Origin: Vitrella brassicaformis CCMP3155
Taxonomy: Eukaryota > Protista > Chromerida
Assembly (NCBI GenBank): GCA_001179505.1
Contig: CDMY01000659.1
Coordinates: 1 to 35,505 of the forward strand
Reading direction: 5' to 3'
DNA: 35,505 nt
How positions within the stretch are numbered: the first letter of the stretch is position 1; every line of letters begins with the position of its first letter. Below the pieces are notes generated by a model, which searched no databases, was not told the origin of the DNA, and saw only the letters and a program-made list of their open reading frames with translations. A program made the position numbers and the translations under genes. Below, piece after piece: positions 1 to 10,084 of the stretch.

Positions 1-554
1 CAAACGCCCAGCCCAACAGTCAGCGCATGGACCTCTTCTTCTCCATCAACGGCGAAGGTGTCCTGTGCGACATCACGGTGGTCCATCCGTGTCGGCCCGA
101 GAACTCGACCGCCCACCACACCCAGGTCAACCGCAGCAACGCATGTCGGCCGGGCGGTTTTGCAGCTGCAGGGGCGGAGCGCGACAAAGATCGCAAGTAC
201 GGTGCCAACTGTCGACAGAAAGGCTACACCTTCGTGCCCCTAGCAGCGGAGACGTTCGGCCGTTGGGGTGGCGAGACCCTTACTCTGCTTCGCCGTCTGG
301 CGCAGCGGCGCGTCCCCCCACCCGCCAGCTCTGCAGAAGACCGTGCATTTTTTCATGAGGGTGTCATGAACCATTGGGGGCAGTGTTTGTCGGTCGCGCT
401 GATGCGCTGGAATGCTTTTCAAGTGTCCTGCCGCGCTCATCATGCGGCCGATGCTCGGACACAGCAGCGGGCGGGTCTGTTTCCTGAGGACCTCATCTCT
501 CCAGGGCCCTACAGGGCACAAACCCGCACGTTTGCCTGCCAGGACCGGCCGTGA
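1..554 (+). mobile_element. 3' end of ORF of a CRE-type non-LTR retrotransposon (restriction-like endonuclease domain), running in from the left edge
   Basis: The frame is open from base 3 and reads QRMDLFF..CDITVVHP..AERDKDRKYG..FVPLAAETFGRWG..HWGQCLSVALMRWNA. This matches the R-x-D..D..E/K-x-x-KY..F.P.A.E..G.WG pattern of RLE domains. A G/T-rich putative 3' UTR follows to about 750. Confidence 0.85.
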
Positions 555-946
555 GGGATTGATTTGGGGACGTATTGTTATGGGTCGGGCTTGGGTTGCA
601 TGGTGGTTTGGTAGGGCATGTGATAGTCGCTTGTGTGATTGCGTTTGATGGGCTGTTCGGTTTATACCAGAGTGCTGCTATCATCCATGCCGTATGGTGC
701 GCATGTGTTTCTGTGATCGCTTGTGTCTTTGCGTGTGCAAATCCATACCGACTCTAGATCAGACGTGCTGGTCGCCCATGCTTCCGTGTAAACGATTCCT
801 AAGCCCTAAACACTAATCCCACTGAATCTCGCTGAAACCCTAAACCCGACGCGGCAGGTGCATGCAACCAAGAACCCCTTCCAAAGCCCCTCCCCGTCAC
901 CTCTCCCTCCCGCGTGCTGCCAAAGGGCAGCGTCCAATCGACACAC

Positions 947-1110
947 TCACTTCCACCCACCCCTTCGCAGCGTGTTGTGCAGCGACAGGTGCTGATACAG
1001 CATGAAGCACAGCATCTCGATCGTTGTATGCCGAAAAATGTGCCGAAAGCCTTTGAGCCACCGAAAGAAGTGCTGACACACCTCTGAGTCGAATCCCTCG
1101 TACTTAGTTG
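947..1110 (-). pseudogene. Short fragment resembling the C-terminal helix of KDZ (Kyakuja-Dileera-Zisupton)-like transposases
   Basis: Reads FDSEVCQHFFRWLKGFRHIFRHTTIEMLCFMLYQHLSLHN. This resembles the N-[ST]-x-x-CEQxFxWL...M...FxFxL...LHN pattern I recall from KDZ-like proteins. It is pattern recall only and has no upstream domain to support it. Confidence 0.35.
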
Positions 1111-1166
1111 TCTCTCGACTTATAATTTCGATTGAGTCTATCAAACCAAGTCCAAATCGGCGCCAA

Positions 1167-1186
1167 GCGCGCCCATATGGGCGCGC
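1167..1186. other. Perfect 20-bp palindrome GCGCGCCCATATGGGCGCGC
   Basis: Self-complementary when read directly. It has an imperfect outer extension (cggcgccaa at 1158-1166 and ttgcgccg at 1192-1199). Confidence 0.95.
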
Positions 1187-1465
1187 CTGCATTGCGCCGT
1201 CTATGTAGACACGCCTCTATTTACATTTACGCGCCTCTATGTCATTCATTCATTCGAGCGTCCTCATGAACACACAAAGGCATTCATTCGGACGAATCGA
1301 GCAGCACTGCAGGACACCCTGTAATGACCAGGGCGGCGAGTCCGGCTCACCAAGGTTTCCCTTCGCTACCCCTGGGTTTCACATGCCCCGTATTTTAGAA
1401 GCGCGGGGGAAAAGCGCCCTGCCCCTGTTTGATATCCCGTCGGGCGACGGCTGGCTGGTTGTGCT

Positions 1466-1548
1466 CGTGTGTGTGTATGTGTGGGTGTGTGGTGTGTGGG
1501 TGTGGGTGTGTGTGTGTGTGGTGTGTGTGTGTGTGTGTGGTGTGTGTT
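1466..1548. repeat. Imperfect (GT)n / (GTGTGG)n microsatellite
   Basis: Visible run of gtgtgtgt/gtgtgg. Confidence 0.95.
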
Positions 1549-2281
1549 GTTACGAAAGTGTCATGGTGCGGATGTCCTCTCTCTGGCAACGGTCAAACCC
1601 ACACGCGAAGCATACCAGCCATCCATACGCGCAGGCAAACACACCAGACAACTAACTGATCTCAGCCAACCGAGAGAGAGAGAGAGAAAGAGCCAGCCAC
1701 ACACATGCTTTCGTGCCGTCCGCTCTGAGTGAGAGTACCGTGTTCCCCTGACTGATGTGCGGGTCAAATGCATGTGTTGTCTGCCTCAGTGAGTGGTCGG
1801 CGAGGGGACGGACCTTGTGGCGGATACGTAGGCACACACTGGGAGGCTAGAGAGATAACACAGACGGACAGACAGGCAGATCTCAGGCAGATATGCGTGC
1901 ATGTAATCCCGGTGAGACATGACCCTCAAAAGCATCCCCAGACATGCATTCGGCCAGTCGGGAGGAGAGGAGGGGAGTAGGTCAGCACAGGGGCGAGTCC
2001 TGGAAGGACGAGGAGGCACATGGACTCAGAGAGAGAGCAAGATCTGGCTGAGGGAAGATGATGCAAGAAGGGCAGCTGGCTGTTGTACGAGTACTCGTGC
2101 CGCCTCGCTGCGGACTCACCGGGAGGGTGACCAGCTGGGCGACGTACTCGATATCCACCATCACTCACTTGCGCACTCCACCATCACTCACATGAGCACT
2201 CCACCATCACTCTGCGGCTCCAAGGGCGGCTTGGGAAGACGCCCTGCCGAAGGGAATGGTCGGAAGGACCAAAGATCGTGC

Positions 2282-4051
2282 CGAAGCAACAGATCTCAAG
2301 AGAATGACTCAAGTCATATCGGAAGCGAACGATAATGAATCATGAAACACAACCGGCACTAACTCGCTTGGCCAGCTTCTCTATCTCCCGTCTTACGCCC
2401 CCAGGCCCACGCATGCATGCACTGCAGGCTTATCTAGCGCTCTTATTCATCAGCAGCCCTCTATCTTCCCTGGCTGCCTCCCCTGTGCCCATCTACGGCT
2501 TGTCGTCCTGCCTGCCTACACACGGCTACCATCCTTCAGCCTGTCATCCATCAGCATCAGCATCAGCTCCATCCATCCATTCATTCATCCAGGGCTGCAT
2601 CCTCTCCATCGGCACACGGTCCACGGCATCCAATCCATCCGTCCATCACGTCCAGACACCTACGTCCACACTTCCAGTCATCTGAGCCGAGCGCCTTCAT
2701 CAGGGCCACAGACAGGGGCGAAGGGCATCGTGAGCACTTCGCAACACAACCCCGCCGGTCAAGCGCGAGGCACACGGCTTCGACAATGGATTCGAGCGCG
2801 AAACAGGGAAAGGAGGCCCACAAAAGCTCGCAGACAGGCAGCGAAGTGAGAGCTCGAGGGAAGGAAGGCAAAATCGACGCCAGTAGCAAGGCGTTATCGA
2901 CAACAGCACCAGGTAGTGAAGCAGCAGGTCCCTCGGGACTTCCAATCGTCAGGCCAGGGGAGAAGAGCTCGGCACCGACGCAGAGAGGTGAGGGGGAAGG
3001 ACCTCATTAAAACCAATATCAACAAGGCAGGTGGGCCATGACAGACAAGGCAGCAAGATCAGGATAGGCTTCCGAGTCGTCTGCAGCTGGTTGGTGTGCT
3101 GTGTGTCGTTGGTCAGTCAGCGGACACCAGGGATGGGGAGGTAGAGCGGTCCTTCCGGGAAGAGGCGAAAGTTCGACACGTCCATGAGCCTTCAGTTGAC
3201 CCATGGCACTGGTGAGTGGAGAGTGCGCCGCTCAGCACGGACAGGGGGCTTCACCATCAGGATCAGAGGTACGCACAGCGAGGAAGGAGGAAGGAAAGCC
3301 TCTGCACCGACTTGAGCACGGTCCTTGACTGGCAGCACGGTCCTTGACTGGCATTCTCTTCAGATGATATCCAGCTGCATTATGGTGACGGCTCCAGACG
3401 GCAGGGGACATCGAGGACGACAGCAATGGCCTCCAGTCGGCCGACAAGGGCAAGGTAGGCAAGTGACAGCATAAGGGCAGCCAGCGGGGCGTGTGACGGC
3501 ACACCAGACCGGTTCAGCACTGGTCAGCTGGGCGCCCGAGCGAGGAAGAACAGCTCCAGATAGGGCATCAGGTGGACCAAGAAGACGAGGGGAAGTCAAA
3601 ACTGCAGAGGTGGGCCACGAGCACGCGCCGAGAGGGAAGGCGCACACCCATGTGATGGCTCTTAAAACGAGATGTGGTCTGTGCCCTCCAGGCGTCGCGA
3701 GGAGTGCTGGTGGCCATCGAGAACGAAGAGATACGCGTCCAGACATCAGAGCGGTGAGTATCAGATGGATACATCCAAGGAAGCGAACATCCAAACATGT
3801 CGATGTGTCCACCCTGCATCCCATATGCATCGAACTGGCACATCGAGGACGAAGGAGATCGGGGACGACGGAGATTGAGCGCGACAGAGATCGAACGGGT
3901 CGTCACCAACAGCCAGACACAACACATCACGGTACCCACATGACACCCACTCCCACAGATGGCTCAATGGCTGATGACAAATGGCCGTATGGTGAGTTCA
4001 GGTGGGTCGGCGTCCCTTGCGAGAGCGGAGCTGCATGTGTCGTGGAGCAGC
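2282..4051 (+). repeat. Copy 1 of a ~1.5-1.8 kb direct repeat (probable decayed spliced gene)
   Basis: cgaagcaacagatctcaagagaatgactca at 2282 recurs at 4787. Homology with copy 3 ends at cgtggagcagc (4051 and 8505). Shared GT-AG signals bound candidate exons, e.g. 3692-3753 ASRGVLVAIENEEIRVQTSE. Confidence 0.9.
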
Positions 4052-4486
4052 GAGTGGAGCAGCGAGTGGATTGGCAAGGGCGGCCAGAGCGTTGGCGAGG
4101 GCGAGCATGGGGTTGCTGAGGGCATTCGGCTGGAGGGCAGCCACTGCCTGTGCAGCTGTGAGCTGGTCGACTGGGGTGCTGCCCACCGATGGCATGCTCG
4201 TGCTCAACCCCTCCGTCTCGTCGTCCCCTTCCTCCTCTTCCTGCTCATCTTCGTCCCTTCCGTCCTCATCGTCACGATCGTCCTGTGTGGCTGCTATGGT
4301 AGCGGGCTGCTGCAACGATGCAAGCAGTGCGGGGGTCGTCATGGCCATTAGTGAGGCGAGAGGGTTGTCGGTGGTCGTAGGGGCGAAGAGCGAGAGTGGA
4401 GGTTTGTCGCCGCGGCGATTGCTCGATTCGTTGGGGCGCTTGTCCCGGTCAGCTGTATCTGAAATGTCGCTCTTCCGGTATTTTTC
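3998..4486 (-). CDS. Partial ORF of acidic/Ala-rich low-complexity protein ending AAPRHMQLRSRKGRRPT*; 5' part lost in the gap
   Basis: About 160 open codons from the gap edge, with a D/E tract and LANALAA repeats. The C-terminus is nearly identical to that of the ORF ending at 8452. Confidence 0.45.
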   Translation of the reverse strand, partial: EKYRKSDISDTADRDKRPNESSNRRGDKPPLSLFAPTTTDNPLASLMAMTTPALLASLQQPATIAATQDDRDDEDGRDEDEQEEEEGDDETEGLSTSMPSVGSTPVDQLTAAQAVAALQPNALSNPMLALANALAALANPLAAPLAAPRHMQLRSRKGRRPT

Positions 4487-4786
4487 NNNNNNNNNNNNNN
4501 NNNNNNNNNNNNNNNNNNNNNNNNNNNNNNNNNNNNNNNNNNNNNNNNNNNNNNNNNNNNNNNNNNNNNNNNNNNNNNNNNNNNNNNNNNNNNNNNNNNN
4601 NNNNNNNNNNNNNNNNNNNNNNNNNNNNNNNNNNNNNNNNNNNNNNNNNNNNNNNNNNNNNNNNNNNNNNNNNNNNNNNNNNNNNNNNNNNNNNNNNNNN
4701 NNNNNNNNNNNNNNNNNNNNNNNNNNNNNNNNNNNNNNNNNNNNNNNNNNNNNNNNNNNNNNNNNNNNNNNNNNNNNNNNNNNNNN
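4487..4786. other. Assembly gap (300 N)
   Basis: Run of N. The length is identical to the second gap, so it is probably a placeholder. Confidence 1.
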
Positions 4787-6520
4787 CGAAGCAACAGATC
4801 TCAAGAGAATGACTCAGGTCATATCGGAAGCGAACGATAACAATCATGAAACGCAACGGGCACTAACTCGTTTGGCCAACTTCTGCTATCTCCCGTCTTA
4901 CGCCCCCAGGCCCACGCATGCATGCACTGCAGGCTTATCTAGCGCTCTTATTCATCAGCAGCCCTCTATCTTCCCTGGCTGCCTCCCCTGTGCCCATCTA
5001 CGGCTTGTCGTCCTGCCTGCCTACACACGGCTACCATCCTTCAGCCTGTCATCCATCAGCATCAGCTCCATCCATCCATCCATTCATCCAGGGCTGCATC
5101 CTCTCCATCAGCACACGGTCCACGGCATCCAATCCATCCGTCCATCACATCCAGACACATGCGTCCACACTTCCAGTCATCTGAGCCGAGCGCCTTCATC
5201 AGGGCCACAGACAGGGGCGAAGGGCATCGTGAGCACTTCGCAACACAACCCCGCCGGTCAAGCGCGAGGCACACGGCTTCGACAATGGATTCGAGCGCGA
5301 AACAGGGGAAGGCAGCCCACAAAAGCTCGCAGACAGGCAGCGAAGCGAGAGAGCGAGGAAAGGAAGGCAAAATCGACGCCAGTAGCAAGGCGTTGTCGAC
5401 AACAGCACCAGGTAGTGAAGCAGCAGGTCCCTCGGGACTTCCAATCGTCAGGCCAGGGGAGAGAGTCATGAGTCGGGGAGAGGGGCTCGACACTGACGCA
5501 GAGAGGTGAGGGGGAAGGTCCTCATTAAAACCAATATCAACAAGGCAGGTGAGCCATGACAGACAAGGCAGCAAGATCAGGGTAGGCGTCCGAGTCGTCT
5601 GCAGCCGATTTGTGTGCTGTGTGTTGGTCAGTCAGCGGACACCAGGGATGGGCAGAAAGAGCAGTCCTTCCGGGGAGACGAGAGTTCGACACGTCCAAGA
5701 GCCTTCAGTTGACTCCTGGCACTTGTGAGTCCAGAGTGAGCCGCTCAGGACGGACAGGGGGCTTCACCATCAGGAGCAGAGGTACGCACAGTGAGGAAGG
5801 AGGAAGGACAGGGGACTTCACCATCAGGAGCAGAGGTACGCACAGTGAGGAAGGAGGAAGGAAGGCCTCTGCACCGACTTGAGCACGGTCCTTGACTGGC
5901 ATTCTTCTCAGATGATATCCAGCTGCATTGTGGTGACGACTTCAGACGGCAGGGGACTTCGAGGACGACAGCAATGGCCTCCAGTCGGCCGACAAGGGCA
6001 AGGTAGGCAAGTGACAGCATAAGGGCAGCCAGCGGGGCGTGTGACGGCACACCAGACCGGTTCAGCAGATGTCAGCTGGGCGCCCGAGCGAGGAAGAAGA
6101 ACTCCAGATAGGGCATCAGGTGGATCAAGTAGACGAGGGAAAGTCAAAACTGCAGAGGTAGGCCACGAGCACGCGCCGAGAGGGATGGCGCACACCCATG
6201 TGATGGCTCTTAAAACGAGATGTGGTCTGTGCACTCCAGGTGTCGCGAGGAGTGCTGATTGCCATCGAGAACGATGAGATACGCGTCAAGATATCAGAGC
6301 GGTGAGTATCAGATGGCAACATCCAAGGAAGCGAACATCCAAACATGTCGACGTGTCCACCCTGCATCCCATAGGCATCGAACTGGCACATCGAGAACGA
6401 AGGAGATCGAGGACGACGGAGATTGAGCACGACAGAGATCGAACAGGTCGTCACCAACAGCCAGACACAACACATCACGGTACCCACATGACACCCACTC
6501 CCACAGATGGCTCAATGGCG
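4787..6520 (+). repeat. Copy 2 of the direct repeat, with an internal 54-bp tandem duplication (~5752-5860)
   Basis: Colinear with copy 1 and bounded by both gaps. ggacagggg(g/a)cttcaccatcaggagcagaggtacgcacagtgaggaaggaggaa occurs twice. Confidence 0.9.
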
Positions 6521-6522
6521 GA

Positions 6523-6822
6523 NNNNNNNNNNNNNNNNNNNNNNNNNNNNNNNNNNNNNNNNNNNNNNNNNNNNNNNNNNNNNNNNNNNNNNNNNNNNNN
6601 NNNNNNNNNNNNNNNNNNNNNNNNNNNNNNNNNNNNNNNNNNNNNNNNNNNNNNNNNNNNNNNNNNNNNNNNNNNNNNNNNNNNNNNNNNNNNNNNNNNN
6701 NNNNNNNNNNNNNNNNNNNNNNNNNNNNNNNNNNNNNNNNNNNNNNNNNNNNNNNNNNNNNNNNNNNNNNNNNNNNNNNNNNNNNNNNNNNNNNNNNNNN
6801 NNNNNNNNNNNNNNNNNNNNNN
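6523..6822. other. Assembly gap (300 N)
   Basis: Run of N. Confidence 1.
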
Positions 6823-6995
6823 GGACAGCGCAGACGTCCCTTTCTCGTTGCATGCGCAACAGGGGGGCCCGCCGCCGTCTCGCGGGATGAGGGTAGGTGG
6901 AGGGGGTTGAATGTAGTCCGATACACGCTCGCTCATCCGAAAAGGAGGAGAAACAGCCGAGAAATCACCAACTCAATCATGGGGGGTATGTATAT

Positions 6996-8505
6996 GCTTG
7001 TCGTCATGCCTGCCTACACACGACTATCCTTCAGCCTGTCATCCATCAGCATCAGCATCAGATCCATCCGTCTATCCATTCATCCAGGGCTGCATCCTCT
7101 CCATCAGCACACGGTCCACAGCATCCAATCCATCCGTCCATCACATCCAGACACACACGTCCACACTTCCACTTATCCGAGCCGAGCGCCTTCATCAGGG
7201 CCACAGACAGGGGCGAAGGGCATCGTGAGCACTTCGCAACACAACCCCGCCGGTCAAGCGCGAGGCACACGGCTTCAACAATGGATTCGAGCGCGAAACA
7301 GCGGAAGGCAGCCCACAAAAGCTCGCAGACAGGCAGCGAAGCGAGAGAGCGAGGAAAGGAAGGCAAAATCGACGCCAGTAGCAAGGCTTTATCGACAGCA
7401 GCACCAGGTAGTGAAGCAGCAGGTCCCTCGGGACTTCCAATCGTCAGGCCAGGGGGAGGTGAGGGGGAAGGTCCTCATCAAAACCAACATCGGCAAGGCA
7501 GGTAAGCCGTGACAGACAAGGCAGCAAGATTAGAGTAGGCGTCCGAGTCGTCTGCAGCCGATTGTTGTGTTGTGTGTCGTTGGTCAGTCAGTGGACACCA
7601 GGGATGGGCAGAAAGAGCAGTCCTTCCGGGAGAAGACGAGAGTTCAACACGTCCAAGAGCCTTCAGTTGACTCATGGCACTTGTGAGTCCAGAGTGAGCC
7701 GCTCAGCACGGACAGGGGGCTTCACCATCAGGATCAGAGGTACGCACAGCGAGGAAGGAGGAAGGAAAGCCTCTGCACCGACTTGAGCACGGTCCTTGAC
7801 TGGCATTCTCTTCAGGTGATATCCAGCTGCATTATGATGACGACTTCAGACGGCAGGGGACATCGAGGACGACAGCAATGGCCTCCAGTCGGCCGACAAG
7901 GGCAAGGTAGGCAAGTGACAGCGTAAGCGCAGCCAGCGGGGCGTGTGACGGCACACCAGACCGGTTCAGCAATGGTCAGCTGGGCGCCCGAGCGAGGAAG
8001 GCAACTCCAGATAGGGCATCAGGTGGATCAAGTAGACGAGGGAAAGTCAAAACTGCAGGGGTGGGCCACGAGCACGCGCCGAGAGGGATGGCACACACCC
8101 ATGTGATGGCCCTTAAAACGAGATGTGGTCTGTGCACTCCAGGTGTCGCGAGAAGTGCTGGTTGCCCTCGTGAACGAAGAGATACGCGTCAAGACATCAG
8201 AGCGGTGAGTATCAGATGGCAACATCCAAGGATCCGAACATCCAAACATGTCGACGTGTCCACCCTGTATCCCATAGGCATCGAACTGGCACATTGAGGA
8301 CGAAAGAGATCGAGGACGACGGAGATCGAGCGCGACAGAGATCGAACGGGTCGTCACCAACGGCCAGACACAACACATCACGGTGATCCACATGACACAC
8401 ACTGCCACAGATGGCTCATTGGCTGATGACAAATAGCCGTATGGTGACTGTTCAGGTGGGTCGGCGTCCCTTACGAGAGCAGAGCTGCATGGGTCGTGGA
8501 GCAGC
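6996..8505 (+). repeat. Copy 3 of the direct repeat
   Basis: Colinear with copies 1 and 2 from gcttgtcgtc(a/c)tgcctgcctacaca onward. Confidence 0.9.
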
Positions 8506-9489
8506 CGTGATGGCCCGCTTTGCCCTCTTCTGACGCTTGTCATTGAAGGCCATCCCGGTCTCATACGCTCGGAGGGCATCTTGGTCAGACAGCTCGCTCT
8601 CATTCTCCCAAGCGGGCAAACGACCCTCACGACGTACGTAATACCGAGCATGAGAGGCGGTGCGGGTGTGGCGGATGATCTCACGGATGGGTGGCTTCTC
8701 AATCTCCATGTACACGTCATCATTCAAGTCCAGGGGCGATGGAGTGGCAGATGGCTGACGACGATTGGATGAATAGGAAGGTGGATAGCCGAAGGTGAGT
8801 CATACTGTGAAGGGGGCGGGTCCACAGGAAGTGCATGGATGATCCAATCCATCGCCTTGATGTCCAGGTGTGTGTGGGTCAGGTCGATCGACGGGTGGGC
8901 TGTCGGCATCCATCGCTGAGGCAGCCACGGATGAAGGGAGGTCAGCTGGCTCGGACGGCGCATCGGCTTCAAACTCAGCCGAGCTGGGGTCTTCCACCGA
9001 GCCGGCCACGGGCAGTCCGACTGCATCATCGGCAACCACGGCATCCAGGGGAACGACGTCAACACTGAGATGCTCTTCACGCTCTTCGACTTGTGCCGGG
9101 GGAAGGGCACCGATGGGTGGAGGGACATCCGCAGAAGCGTCCTCCGCCAATCCATCCAACAGCCCAGCAGCATCTCTCTCTGTGGAAACCCCAGAGCCTT
9201 CTCGAGCCTCGCCAGCGAATGGATGGTCACCGACAACGGCACGGGCATTCGTGCCTGGGGATGTAGGAATACGGCTTCCAGTGCGCAGCTGCATGGTGTT
9301 CAGCCGGTGGGGCTCGGCCACGACCTCACGCAGGGAGACGGCGTGGTCCGGCTGATCAGCAGCAGGCCTGCTGGATGCGCTGGGGCCGTCATGGTCTCGC
9401 TGTAAGCTCTCAGACACCTGCCATGCCGTCATCGACGCGTGTGCATTCGCCGCTGCGAGACGGCTGGACAGCTGCCCACTTCCATCCAC
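8452..9489 (-). pseudogene. Disordered acidic/Pro-rich ORF ending in a chromodomain-like module, interrupted by one in-frame TGA (8800-8802)
   Basis: ORFs 8800..9489 and 8452..8727 share a frame. IREIIRH..YYVRREG..WENESEL..DALRAYE aligns by eye to the chromo consensus VEKILD..YLVKWKG..WEPEENL..LIAEF. The same frame continues with several stops up to the array at 10085. Confidence 0.55.
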
Positions 9490-10084
9490 AGGTGTGACAA
9501 CATTCCTCCTCGAACGCCCCGGTGAAGTGGCGTGTGATGCAATGTGTGCAGGTGTATGTGGTGCTTGTGGCGGCGGCGCCTGTGGCGGCGGTGCCCGAGT
9601 GGATGGAATGGAGTAGCAGCAGCAGCAGCAGATGGTTCATGTGGTGCATGGCCATGATCAGCAGCAGCTGCTTCATGTAATGATGGGGGGCGGGGCGGAG
9701 CAGCAGCATTCAGGTCAGGTGGCACACGTGACGGCGTGGGCCCCAAGATGCTGTGATGCTGTCGCTCGCAGCATGGATGAATGTGGCTGTGGACGTGACA
9801 TGAGGATGGATTCGAAGGGGAAAGATGGGCTCGAACAGGAAGATGGATTCGAACTGGAAGGTGGGATCGATCGGTTCACGATATACACACGAGTCCCACT
9901 GTGAACCGACCAATTATCAACACCAAACAGCAACACACACGATCAGCAGCGACACGGTCAGTCAGCAACACACGACAGACAGCAGCGGCGATCAGCAGGA
10001 AAAGGGTCGGGGAAGGGGGCCGTGGTGTGGTCGTCTGCGGGTGTGTGGGGGGCCTGCTGGGTCTCGGACAGTTGCGACGGCTCA

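Noticed and set aside
1158-1210. Helitron 3' end (hairpin plus CTRR)
   Set aside because: There is no CTRR at the expected distance on either strand.
1316-1385. Structured ncRNA or LTR start (TGTAAT..)
   Set aside because: There is one imperfect stem, no second LTR copy and no recognisable RNA family motif.
3998-6936. ORFs spanning the N runs (e.g. 4002..5471, 6302..6910)
   Set aside because: These are artefacts of translating gaps as X.
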